Shown in pieces: positions 9,180 through 17,800 of a stretch of DNA of 64,000 bases. Position 1 is the stretch's first letter; each line of letters opens with the position of its first letter. The translations under genes and the position numbers were made by a program. The stretch is from assembly GCA_045805605.1 (NCBI GenBank), contig JBJMKX010000074.1, positions 33,642 to 97,641 on the forward strand. Reading direction: 5' to 3'. The stretch is from Solirubrobacteraceae bacterium. GTDB lineage: Bacteria; Actinomycetota; Thermoleophilia; Solirubrobacterales; Solirubrobacteraceae. Under the pieces are notes generated by a model, which had not been told where the DNA came from, did not search any database, and worked only from the letters and a program-made list of their open reading frames with translations.

Positions 9180-9974
9180 GTGCCCTACCACTGGTCCTTC
9201 GCGATCCTCGTGCTCGTCCAGGCCGCGCTCGTCGCCCTGCCGCGCGCGGGCGCGGTTGCGGTGCCCGCGCTTGCCCGCCTGCGCAGCCGCTGGTGGGCGC
9301 TCATCCCGCTTGCCTCGATCGTCGCCGTCGTGGTCGCCGTCTCGCCCGGCGACGGCAACGGGCAGCGCCTCGCGTGGCTGGCGCTGGTCACGACGCCCCC
9401 GCTCGCGGTCGTGGCCCTTGGCTGGGGCATGCGCGGCGCGCGCGTCTGGCTGGCGGCCCTCGTCGTGCCGATGTTCGCCCTCGCCTGGAGCGAGGGTGGC
9501 ACGGTCGCCGGCGACCTCGCGGCCCTCGCGCTGACCGCCCTCGGCTGCCTGACCCTCGGCGTGCTGCTCGCCGCGGTGGCGCCTCCGCGCTGGCTGCGCT
9601 GGGGGATCGTGGCCATGGCGGTGGTCGACGCGGTGCTCGTGCTCTCCGACAACCTGCAGCCCGCCGCCCACGCCCTCGACATCGCCGGGACCGCCGGCGG
9701 ACTGCCGCAGTTGCAGCGGGCGGCGCTGGACGGGGCGACGATGGGCTATGGCGACCTGTTCATCGCGGCGGCACTCGGCGGCGTGCTCGCACGCCAGGCC
9801 CGGCCGCAGGGTCGCATCGCCGTGGCCATGGCGCTCATCGGCCTGGCCTTCGGGCTGCTCTTCTGGGTGCTCGACACCCTGCCGGCCACCGTCCCGGTGG
9901 CGCTGGCCCTGGGCGTGGATGCCTGGCTGGCCGCGCCTCGGCCGGCGCCGCGTGCGGCGCCGGGCACGCCCTAA
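9180..9974 (+). CDS. polytopic membrane protein with presenilin/SPP-like YD...GxGD...PAL-type motifs (putative intramembrane aspartyl protease)
   Basis: 264 aa with about 7-8 hydrophobic helices. AVVDAVLVL (D150), MGYGDLFIAA (D192) and LPATVPVAL (P235) appear in the order and membrane context of A22-family proteases. GTG start. Confidence 0.6.
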   Translation: MPYHWSFAILVLVQAALVALPRAGAVAVPALARLRSRWWALIPLASIVAVVVAVSPGDGNGQRLAWLALVTTPPLAVVALGWGMRGARVWLAALVVPMFALAWSEGGTVAGDLAALALTALGCLTLGVLLAAVAPPRWLRWGIVAMAVVDAVLVLSDNLQPAAHALDIAGTAGGLPQLQRAALDGATMGYGDLFIAAALGGVLARQARPQGRIAVAMALIGLAFGLLFWVLDTLPATVPVALALGVDAWLAAPRPAPRAAPGTP

Positions 9975-10009
9975 GGCCGGGAGGACGGCCCGGAAGCAGA
10001 AGCGGGCAG

Positions 10010-10030
10010 ATAGTTGGTGTCATCAACTAT
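10010..10030. promoter_or_regulatory. perfect inverted repeat ATAGTTG-N7-CAACTAT upstream of the ABC exporter (candidate operator)
   Basis: Read directly. It sits in a locally AT-richer patch 17 nt upstream of ATG 10047. A possible -35 TTGGTG (10013..10018) and -10 TAGCCT (10035..10040) would give a near-leaderless transcript. Confidence 0.45.
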
Positions 10031-10046
10031 TTGCTAGCCTTGCGGC

Positions 10047-11813
10047 ATGCCGCGCGCCACGCTTCGTCGCATCCGTCCCCTCTTCCGCCCGTACCGCGGG
10101 CGGCTCCTGGCGGTCGTGGCGCTGATCGTGACCTCGGCGGGGCTGGGGATGATTTCGCCCTTCCTGCTGCGCGACGTGCTCGACAAGGCGATCCCCGAGC
10201 GCGACACCGCGCTGCTCACCGGGCTTGTCGCCGGAATGATCGGCATCGCGATCGTCACCCAGGTGCTTGGCGTCGGCCAGACGTGGCTCAGCAACCTGGT
10301 CGGCCAGCGGGTCATGCACGACCTGCGCACGCGCGTGTACCGGCACCTGCAGCGCCTCTCGCTCGCGTTCTTCACCCGCACGCGCACGGGCGAGGTGCAG
10401 TCCCGCATTGCCAACGACATCGGCGGCGTCGAGACCGTGGTGACCAGCACGGCGACGTCGATCGCCTCCAACCTCACCACGGTCATCGCCACCGTGGTGG
10501 CGATGTTCCTACTCGACTGGCGCCTGGCGGTCTTCGCGCTGATCCTGCTGCCGCTCTTCGTGCTGCTGACCAAGCGCGTCGGCGCCCAGCGTAGGCGCAT
10601 CGCCGCCGAGCGCCAGGAGTCGATGGCCGACATCTCCAGCCTCGTCCAGGAGTCGCTGTCGGTCTCGGGGATCCTGCTCGGCAAGACGATGGGCCGCGCG
10701 CCCGACCTCGCCGAGCGGTTCCGACGCGAGTCCTCCCGGCTGTCCGACCTCGAGGTGCGGTCGCGCATGGCCGGGCGCTGGGTGATGGCCAGCGTGCAGG
10801 CGACCTTCGCGATCATGCCGGCGCTCGTCTACTGGGCGGCCGGCATGGACCTCGGCGGCGCGGCTATCTCGATCGGCACGCTGGTCGCCTTCACCACGCT
10901 GCAGACGCGGCTGTTCTTCCCGCTCGGCCAGCTGCTGCAGGTGCAGGTCGACCTGCAGACATCGCTGGCGCTGTTCGAGCGCGTGTTCGAGTACCTCGAC
11001 CTGCCGGTGGAGATCATCGAGCGCCACGGCGCCCGCACCTTGGAGCGCGGCGCGATCCGCGGTGACATCGCCTTCGAGGACGTGTGGTTCCGCTACGCGC
11101 CCGACGGCGAGTGGACCATTGCCGGGGCGTCGTTCGCGGTGCCGCGCGGCACCAAGACGGCGATCGTCGGCGAGACCGGCTCCGGCAAGACCACGCTCGG
11201 CTACCTCCTCGCGCGCCTGTACGAGCCCGAGCGCGGGCGGGTGACCATCGACGGCACGGACATCGCCGACTTGACCTTTGCCTCGCTGGCCGACGCGGTC
11301 GGCGTCGTCGCCCAGGAGACCTACCTGTTCCACGCCAGCGTGCGCGAGAACCTGCGCTTCGCCCGGCCCGAAGCCACCGATGAGGACATCGAGCAGGCCG
11401 CGCGCGCGGCGCGCATCCACGACCTCATCGCCTCGCTGCCCGACGGCTACGACACCGTCGTGGGCGAGCGCGGCTACCGGTTCAGCGGGGGCGAGAAGCA
11501 GCGCATCGCGATCGCGCGGACGATCCTGCGCAACCCCCCCGTGCTGCTGCTCGACGAGGCCACCAGCGCGCTCGACACCGAGACCGAGCGGGCGGTGCAG
11601 GCGGCGCTCGACGACCTGGCCGAGGGCCGCACGACGGTCGCCATCGCCCACCGGCTCTCGACGATCCGCGACGCCGACCAGATCCTCGTCCTGGACGAAG
11701 GCGAGATCGTCGAGCGCGGCACCCACGAGGAGCTGCTCGCACGCGACGGCCGCTACGCGGCCCTGGTCGCGCGCGACCACGGCGCCGAGCGGCCCGACCT
11801 CGTCGCGGCCTAG
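10047..11813 (+). CDS. ABC transporter ATP-binding/permease fusion (MsbA-like exporter)
   Basis: N-terminal six-helix transmembrane domain followed by an NBD. Walker A GETGSGKTT, signature FSGGEKQRIAIAR, Walker B LLLDEATSALD. Confidence 0.93.
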   Translation: MPRATLRRIRPLFRPYRGRLLAVVALIVTSAGLGMISPFLLRDVLDKAIPERDTALLTGLVAGMIGIAIVTQVLGVGQTWLSNLVGQRVMHDLRTRVYRHLQRLSLAFFTRTRTGEVQSRIANDIGGVETVVTSTATSIASNLTTVIATVVAMFLLDWRLAVFALILLPLFVLLTKRVGAQRRRIAAERQESMADISSLVQESLSVSGILLGKTMGRAPDLAERFRRESSRLSDLEVRSRMAGRWVMASVQATFAIMPALVYWAAGMDLGGAAISIGTLVAFTTLQTRLFFPLGQLLQVQVDLQTSLALFERVFEYLDLPVEIIERHGARTLERGAIRGDIAFEDVWFRYAPDGEWTIAGASFAVPRGTKTAIVGETGSGKTTLGYLLARLYEPERGRVTIDGTDIADLTFASLADAVGVVAQETYLFHASVRENLRFARPEATDEDIEQAARAARIHDLIASLPDGYDTVVGERGYRFSGGEKQRIAIARTILRNPPVLLLDEATSALDTETERAVQAALDDLAEGRTTVAIAHRLSTIRDADQILVLDEGEIVERGTHEELLARDGRYAALVARDHGAERPDLVAA

Positions 11814-11826
11814 TGACTCAGGTCAC

Positions 11827-12981
11827 CTAGCGTCCCACGCGCGAGCGCAGGTCGAGCGTCCGCCGTGCCGCCGCCTCGAACTCGGCGCGGTCCAGCGTGC
11901 CGGCCGACAGCGACCGCTCGAGCGCGCCGGCGGCCGCGAACCCCTGCTCCGCCGACTGGGCGAACAGGAGCAGGTCGTTGCCGGCGAGGGCCGCTCCCTT
12001 GGCGCGGTCGGCGGCGCTCCCCGAGGGGGCGAGCGCCGGCACCTCGAGGTCGTCGGTGATGGTGGTGCCGGTGAAGCCCAGTCGCCCGCGCAGCTCGTCG
12101 GTGGCGATCTTGCGCGAGAACAGCGCCGGGGTTTCTTCGAGCGCCGGGTAGAGCCCGGTCGACACCATGACAAGGTCCGTGTGCGCGTCCACGAACGGCG
12201 GCTCGTCGACGGCGCGCAGGCGCTCCAGCGGCGCCTCGATCCGGTTGAGGCGCAGGTCCTCGTCACCGCGGGCGAGGCCGAGCCCGGGCCAGTGCTTGGC
12301 ACAGCTCAGGACGCCGCTTGCCCGCAGGCCGGCGGCAAAGGCGCCGGCCAGCCGCGTCACCCGTGCGGGAGACCCGCCGTAGGAGCGCCCGAGCTTGCGC
12401 ATGTTCGTGCCCGGCCGGGCGACGTCGACCACCGGCGCAAGATCGAGGTTGATCCCGACGCCCTGCAGCGACCGCCCGGTGGCGCGGCCCTCGCTTCGCG
12501 CCACGGCCTCGCTGCCGGATCGTCCGACCTCGGCCGGCGAGCGGCGCGGCGGGCCGGGCAGCCGGCTGACCTGCCCGCCCTCTTGGTCGATCATGACCAG
12601 CAGCGGACGGCCGCCGGGGGCGCGCCCGGCGGCGGCCTGGAGATCGGCCGTGAGCGAACGGACCTGGCTGCGGGAGCTGACGTTGCGCGCGAACAGGATC
12701 ACGCCGCCCAGCTCGCCCGCCGCCGCCCGGCGCAGCACCGCTTCCGGCGCGCGCGTTCCGTCGAAGCCGACCACGACCCGCTGGCCGGCCAGCTGGGCGT
12801 CGGACAGGCCGGCGACGGGGTCGGGGGCAGCCTGGATCCGCGCGCCGATCCGCTCGGTCCACGCGGCGGTCCGTTCCGCCAGCCCGGCGGCCGCGGCGGC
12901 CGGGGCCGCCGGGGCGCTGGACAGCGCGAAAGCCAAGATCGCGCCGCCCCACCGCAACCAACGCTGCGCTTGCAGTGTCAT
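11827..12981 (-). CDS. glycoside hydrolase family 3 N-terminal domain protein (NagZ-like beta-N-acetylhexosaminidase), secreted
   Basis: Signal peptide GGAILAFALSSAPAAPAAAAAG. Motifs GGVILF, GINLDLAPVVDV, KHWPGLGLARGDEDL. Confidence 0.85.
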   Translation of the reverse strand: MTLQAQRWLRWGGAILAFALSSAPAAPAAAAAGLAERTAAWTERIGARIQAAPDPVAGLSDAQLAGQRVVVGFDGTRAPEAVLRRAAAGELGGVILFARNVSSRSQVRSLTADLQAAAGRAPGGRPLLVMIDQEGGQVSRLPGPPRRSPAEVGRSGSEAVARSEGRATGRSLQGVGINLDLAPVVDVARPGTNMRKLGRSYGGSPARVTRLAGAFAAGLRASGVLSCAKHWPGLGLARGDEDLRLNRIEAPLERLRAVDEPPFVDAHTDLVMVSTGLYPALEETPALFSRKIATDELRGRLGFTGTTITDDLEVPALAPSGSAADRAKGAALAGNDLLLFAQSAEQGFAAAGALERSLSAGTLDRAEFEAAARRTLDLRSRVGR

Positions 12982-13002
12982 GCGTCCAAGAGATTAGGCA
13001 CG

Positions 13003-13881
13003 ATGCTCCTGCGCGCCCTGCCCCTCATCGCCGCGTTCGCCCTCGGCTCCGCCACCCCGGCCGCCGCCGCCGGCGACATCGACGCCTACCGCGGCCTGGG
13101 CACGTGGGTCTCGATCTACTCGCGCACGACGCTGGCCGACCCGATCGGCACGGCGGTGCAAATGCGCCGGAACGGCGTGCGCACGCTCTACCTCGAGACG
13201 GCGAACTGGCGCCAGAAGGTCGACGTCGTCCGCCCCGGCACGATGGCGGCGATGATCGAGGCGGCGCACGCGGCGGGAATCAAGGTCGTGGCCTGGTACC
13301 TGCCCTCCTACAAGCCGCTGCGCACCGACGTGCGCCGGGCGCTTGCGGCGATCGCCTTCACGACGCCGACGGGCCAGCGCTTCGACGGCTTCGCGCTCGA
13401 CATCGAGGCGACCGAGGTCGGATCGATTCCGCTGCGCAACCGCCTGCAGGGACGCCTCGCCGCGACCCTGCGGCGCAGCGTGGGCCCCGACTACGCGCTG
13501 GGCGCGATCGTGCCCGAGGCGGGGGCCTTGTACTGGCCGGGCTTCCCCTACGCCCAGACCGCCCGCTACTTCGATGTCTTCCTGCCGATGGCGTACTTCA
13601 CCTTCCGCGTCAGCGGCGCGGGGGCGGTGCGCTCCTACGTGGCCCGGAACGTCGCCGCCATCAAGGCCGTCGTCGGGCCCGACACCCCCGTACACCCCAT
13701 CGGGGGCCTGGCCGACGAGGCCACGCCGTCGGAGGTGCGGGCCTACGTGCGGGCGACGCGCGCGGGCGGGGCGATCGGCGGGAGCCTGTACGACTTCAAC
13801 GGGACCGCGCCGCAGGCCTGGTCGCTGATGCAGGGGATCCCCCAAGCGGACCGAGTGTCGACTCCGTCAGCCTCAGGCTGA
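13003..13881 (+). CDS. secreted TIM-barrel glycoside-hydrolase-like protein (family uncertain)
   Basis: In-frame part of ORF 11278..13881 from ATG 13003. Signal peptide MLLRALPLIAAFALGSATPAAAAG. GVRTLYLETANW, AHAAGIKVVAWYLP and FDGFALDIE resemble GH-like domains of unknown specificity. Confidence 0.6.
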   Translation: MLLRALPLIAAFALGSATPAAAAGDIDAYRGLGTWVSIYSRTTLADPIGTAVQMRRNGVRTLYLETANWRQKVDVVRPGTMAAMIEAAHAAGIKVVAWYLPSYKPLRTDVRRALAAIAFTTPTGQRFDGFALDIEATEVGSIPLRNRLQGRLAATLRRSVGPDYALGAIVPEAGALYWPGFPYAQTARYFDVFLPMAYFTFRVSGAGAVRSYVARNVAAIKAVVGPDTPVHPIGGLADEATPSEVRAYVRATRAGGAIGGSLYDFNGTAPQAWSLMQGIPQADRVSTPSASG

Positions 13882-13914
13882 CTCAGTCGACAGTCGATGC
13901 GGCGGCGTGCGTGG

Positions 13915-14895
13915 TTAGGCGCTTGCCAGGGCCACCACGTCCGGCAGCTGGGCGTCGAGGCGCGTCCACCGCTCGCCGGCGTCCTCGCCGACGAGCAGCG
14001 TCCCGCCGCGCAGGCCGGCCACGACGACGCCGGGCCGGTCGGGCAGCGTCGCCAGCGCGTAGGGCATCCGCCGCAGCTCCGGGGCGTCGCCCCAGCCGCC
14101 CACCGGCTCCCACTGCGCGTCCTGCCTGCGCATGACGCGCGCCTGCCCGTCGCCGCGGCCGTGCGCGGCGAACGGGCCGGTGCTGACCGACACATACCAG
14201 AGGTCCGGGTCGTCGGGATCGACGGCGGTGGCCCAGGCGTAGTGGCGATCGAGGCCGGCCTCGAGGTGCGACCAGGTGGCGCCGGCATCCTCGGAGCGCG
14301 CGACGCCGTCGCCGGCGGCCTCGTAGACGCGGTCGGGCGCGCCTGCGTGGGTGACCATCGAATGTGCGTCGATGCACGCCTGCGGGTTGTGGTCGACCCA
14401 CGTGGTGCCGCCGTCCGTCGAGCGCATCACGCCGCCGAGCTCGATTCCCACGACGAGAGTGTCGGGATCGGCCGGGGGCAGGGCGATCGTCTGCACGTGG
14501 TGCGTCCAGGGCCGCCCCGGGAACGACCAGTTCGGCTCGCTGGGCAGGTCGCGCAGGGCGGGGACGAGCTCCCACGTGCGGCCGGCGTCCTCCGAGCGGT
14601 AGAGGTTGCTCGGCTCGGTGCCGGCGTAGACGACCGGCGCGGCGCGCGAGACGGCCAGCGCGAGCACGCGCCGGTCCGCGGGCCCGACCTCGGGCTCGCG
14701 CCAGCTCGCGCCGCCGTCGTCCGAGATGCGGACGCCGTCGTCGAAGGTGCCGGCATAGACGCGGTCGGGATCGTCCGGGTCGGTGGCGAGGCAGCACGCG
14801 CCGCTGCCGTGCAGTGACAGCGAGATGTCGCCCGCGTCGAGATCGACGCGCGCAACGGCGTCGCCGGTGGCGGCGTACAGCCGCCCGGCGCTCAC
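13915..14895 (-). CDS. BNR/Asp-box repeat beta-propeller protein (sialidase-superfamily fold)
   Basis: ORF 13915..15099 trimmed to GTG 14895 (codon 69; GTGA overlap with the MarR stop). Five Asp-boxes: SDDGGASW, SEDAGRTW, STDGGTTW, SEDAGATW, GEDAGERW. Confidence 0.8.
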   Translation of the reverse strand: MSAGRLYAATGDAVARVDLDAGDISLSLHGSGACCLATDPDDPDRVYAGTFDDGVRISDDGGASWREPEVGPADRRVLALAVSRAAPVVYAGTEPSNLYRSEDAGRTWELVPALRDLPSEPNWSFPGRPWTHHVQTIALPPADPDTLVVGIELGGVMRSTDGGTTWVDHNPQACIDAHSMVTHAGAPDRVYEAAGDGVARSEDAGATWSHLEAGLDRHYAWATAVDPDDPDLWYVSVSTGPFAAHGRGDGQARVMRRQDAQWEPVGGWGDAPELRRMPYALATLPDRPGVVVAGLRGGTLLVGEDAGERWTRLDAQLPDVVALASA

Positions 14896-15380
14896 GCCGT
14901 GGCGCTCGCCTGCTGCTCGAGGGCCTTGGCGAGCAGGCGGCGCAGGGTCTCGCGCTCCTTGCCCGACAGGCCGGAGAGCACGTCTTCCTCGATGGTCTCC
15001 ATCGAGTGCTCGGCGCGTTCGATCGCCCGCTCGCCGGAGGGCGTGACCTCGACGATGTGGCGTCGGCGGTCCTCGGGGTCCCGACGGCGCTCGATCCAAC
15101 CGTGGGCCTCGAGGTCGTTGAGGAGCAGCACGAGGTTGTTGGCGTCCATGTAGAGGGCCTCGGCCAAATCGGACTGCAGGACGCCGCCGTGATCGCGCAC
15201 GAAGCAGAGGGTGGCGAACTGCTTGACCCGCATGCCCAGCAGCTGCTCGGTGCTGCGGCGATGCACAACGCGCGCGAGGCGCGTCAACAGCACCATCGAG
15301 CCGGGACTGGTGGCGGTCTCCATCCCTGGGGCGAAGCGTATCGCCACCAGCGGATCTTCATCGCCCATAGGATCATCCAT
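14892..15380 (-). CDS. MarR family transcriptional regulator
   Basis: Last 162 codons of ORF 14892..15929 from ATG 15380. Winged-helix core LQSDLAEALYMDANNLVLLLNDLEAHGWIERRRDPEDRRRHIVEVTPSG. Confidence 0.88.
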   Translation of the reverse strand: MDDPMGDEDPLVAIRFAPGMETATSPGSMVLLTRLARVVHRRSTEQLLGMRVKQFATLCFVRDHGGVLQSDLAEALYMDANNLVLLLNDLEAHGWIERRRDPEDRRRHIVEVTPSGERAIERAEHSMETIEEDVLSGLSGKERETLRRLLAKALEQQASATA

Positions 15381-15396
15381 GTTACGTTGATGATAG

Positions 15397-15427
15397 TCGC
15401 GAGGGGCGGGCGGTCGCCCGCTCGCGA
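15397..15427 (-). terminator. GC-rich hairpin between the PNPOx-like gene and marR (terminator and/or palindromic operator)
   Basis: TCGCGAG-GGGCGGGCGGTCGCCCG-CTCGCGA: outer 7-bp arms plus inner CGGGCG/CGCCCG arms. It lies 21 nt downstream of the stop at 15448 and is followed on the minus strand by TATCAT, 9 nt before the MarR ATG. Confidence 0.5.
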
Positions 15428-15447
15428 CCTCGAGGCCGAGCCCGCCG

Positions 15448-16392
15448 TCAGCGGCTGAGAGCCGCCACGCGGCCCCCTTTGCGGGCCTTCTCCAGGTTCT
15501 TCCGCGCCAGGTAGCCGTTGCCCAGCAGGAGCAGCGTCTTGTTCGCCGGGGCCTTGAACCCGCCCTCGGTGTGGGGGGCGTAGCGGGCGCCGTCGCCCGA
15601 GACCTCGAGCCAGCCGGTGTGCTGGCGCGTCTCGAGCCCGATGAGCTTGGCGTTGTAGCGGTGGGCGACGAGCCCAGCGCGGCGGCCGCCGGCCGGCAGC
15701 GCGGCGGCGGTCTCGAGGGAGAGCCCATCGGCGTCCTGGCCGGCGAGGTCGAACGGCACGATGAGCGGAAAGCCGTCTGCGCCCACGTAGGCCAGCAGGC
15801 GGTGCGGCAGGTCGGCCACGCGGCGTCCGGCCCGCACGGCGTCCACGCGCGGCCCGGTGCCCTTGTTCGGCGGCGCCTGGGGCGCGGGCGGGCCGCCGGG
15901 CGCGGCGGCGCCGACCACCTGGGGCGCACCGGAGGCGCGCAAGTCGGGCCAGACGAGGATCCGCTCGACCTTCACCGTCACCAGCACGCGGTCGGCGTAG
16001 TAGGCGCCCAGCCAGCGGTCCCAGAAGACCCCGCGCCGCGGCGCGCCGATGAACCGCGCCGAGCGCGGCCCGATTTCGTTCTGGAGGAAGTCCCGATCGG
16101 GGTGGGGCTCGAACGTCGCCATGCCCTGGACGAGCACGTAGCGCTCGTTGGCCGCGTCGCCGAGGCCGTGCTCGCGCGCGTGGTACGCGAGGGCGATGCG
16201 CGGCTCCTCCCGGATGCGCTCGAGCTTGCGGCCAAAGCCCAGCGAGGTGGTGAAGCCGACCGTCCCTGCCTCGCGATCGCGCAGCCCGATCGGCGCCACC
16301 GCCGTCACGACCGCCCCACCCGCAGGAGTGACGTTCGCAACGGCGCAGGTCAGGTCCCCGCCGATGACCTCGTCGACCTCGTCGGGCCACAT
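15448..16392 (-). CDS. pyridoxamine 5-prime-phosphate oxidase (PNPOx/F420-type split-barrel) family protein, two-domain
   Basis: ORF 15448..16548 trimmed to ATG 16392 (codon 53). LTCAVANVTPAGGAVVTAVAPIG...GRKLERIREEPRIALAYH is typical of PPOX-class proteins. A second similar half follows a PGGPPAPQAPP linker. Confidence 0.65.
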   Translation of the reverse strand: MWPDEVDEVIGGDLTCAVANVTPAGGAVVTAVAPIGLRDREAGTVGFTTSLGFGRKLERIREEPRIALAYHAREHGLGDAANERYVLVQGMATFEPHPDRDFLQNEIGPRSARFIGAPRRGVFWDRWLGAYYADRVLVTVKVERILVWPDLRASGAPQVVGAAAPGGPPAPQAPPNKGTGPRVDAVRAGRRVADLPHRLLAYVGADGFPLIVPFDLAGQDADGLSLETAAALPAGGRRAGLVAHRYNAKLIGLETRQHTGWLEVSGDGARYAPHTEGGFKAPANKTLLLLGNGYLARKNLEKARKGGRVAALSR

Positions 16393-16399
16393 ATGAGGT

Positions 16400-17293
16400 T
16401 TAACGCGCCCGGGGCCTGCGCGGATGTCTCGGGGCGTCGGGGCGCGGGATGCGGCGCACGGACTCGACCGAGGGGTCGCCGACCGGCGGCTCCCTGTTGT
16501 CGGGCGGCGGGACCTCCTCGAGCCGGCGTGGCGGGGGCGCCGGCTCACGGTCCGGCTCCGGCGCGGGCGCGCGCATCGGCGGTGGCGCGGGAGCCGGCTT
16601 GGCGGCCTCCGCCGGCGGGCCGCCGTCCTCGTCGGGCGGGAAGCGGTCGAGGGCCTCGTCGGCCAGTCGGATCAGCGCCTGGCCGACCGCCCGTGCGTCC
16701 TCGACGAGCTTGCGCCGCTCGGCCCAGATCTCGTCGACGTCCTTGTCGAGCTGGCGCGCGCGCTGCTCGGCGTCGCGGCGCATGCGCTCCGCTTCGCGCT
16801 CGGCCTCCTCGACCCGCGCGTCGGCCCGGGCGCGCGACCGGGCGGCGATCTCGTCGGCAGCCTCGTGGGCGCGCTGGAGGATCGCTGCGGTCTCCTTGCC
16901 CACGCGGTCGAGCTCGCGCCGCACCGCGGCCTGGGGCGAGCGCGTCGAGTGCAGCTCGAGGACGTCCTCCTCGACCGCCGCGAGGTGGGCGTCGACGACC
17001 TCGCGGTCGTACCCGCGAAAGACGACCGGGAACTCGGCGCGGACCTTCGGAGGCGGATTGGCGGGGCCGCGGGCGAGCGCTGACGACCAGGTCTTGGGGT
17101 CGGGGGTCAGAGGCTCGGAAATGGGATCCGGCTCCCGTGGCTCGGCCTCCGGCGGCACGGGCTCGGAAGCCGGCTCGTCTGCGACCGGCGGCTCCATCGC
17201 CTCGGTCGGCGGGCCGGCAGCCAGCTCGTCGGCGGTGGTCGGCTCGTCTTCGGGTCCCTGCTCGGGCTCCCGTTGCTCGGGCGTCTCGCTCAC
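16400..17293 (-). CDS. DivIVA domain-containing protein
   Basis: FPVVFRGYDREVVDAHLAAVEEDV is the DivIVA signature. It is followed by a coiled-coil ARSRARADARVEEAEREAERMRRDAEQRARQL and flanked by acidic/Pro-rich tails. Confidence 0.85.
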   Translation of the reverse strand: MSETPEQREPEQGPEDEPTTADELAAGPPTEAMEPPVADEPASEPVPPEAEPREPDPISEPLTPDPKTWSSALARGPANPPPKVRAEFPVVFRGYDREVVDAHLAAVEEDVLELHSTRSPQAAVRRELDRVGKETAAILQRAHEAADEIAARSRARADARVEEAEREAERMRRDAEQRARQLDKDVDEIWAERRKLVEDARAVGQALIRLADEALDRFPPDEDGGPPAEAAKPAPAPPPMRAPAPEPDREPAPPPRRLEEVPPPDNREPPVGDPSVESVRRIPRPDAPRHPRRPRAR

Positions 17294-17321
17294 GCCCCGC
17301 CAGCATAGAGACGTCAGCGGG

Positions 17322-17669
17322 TCATTCGTCCCACGCCTGGACCTCCGAAACCCGCGTGATGCGGCCCTCTTGCATGCTCAGCAGGATGTTCGACAGCACC
17401 TCGCGGCCGTCCGGATAGCGGCAGCGGCACGCAAACGCCGCCCGGTCGCCGGCCAGGATCTCGTCCTCCAGGCGCATGGTCAGTCCGCGTCCGTGGACGT
17501 CGCGCAGCGCCGCCTGCAGCGACTCGCGGCCGGTTACCACCATCGGAGACGCCGGCGGCGTCTTGCGATCGACCACCCGCCATTCGACGTTGTCGGCGAC
17601 CATGCCTCCGAGGGCGTCGACGTCGCCGCCCTCGAACGCGCGGCGAAACGCGGTCGCATCGAAGGTCAT
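17322..17669 (-). CDS. SnoaL/NTF2-like fold protein
   Basis: Last 115 codons of ORF 17322..18251 from ATG 17669. FEGGDVDALGGMVADNVEW...ITRVSEVQAWDE has the pattern of nuclear-transport-factor-2-like small proteins. Confidence 0.65.
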   Translation of the reverse strand: MTFDATAFRRAFEGGDVDALGGMVADNVEWRVVDRKTPPASPMVVTGRESLQAALRDVHGRGLTMRLEDEILAGDRAAFACRCRYPDGREVLSNILLSMQEGRITRVSEVQAWDE

Positions 17670-17800
17670 CGCGCGCTCACCCGGTTCTCGCGCCTGGCCG
17701 GCTTGCTGGAGCGCTTCATGGGCCCACCCTCCCACGCGACCGTCATCGGTTCGTGAGCGCTGCGTGAAAGGGCCCGACCAGGGGTTAGGCTCGCGTCGCA

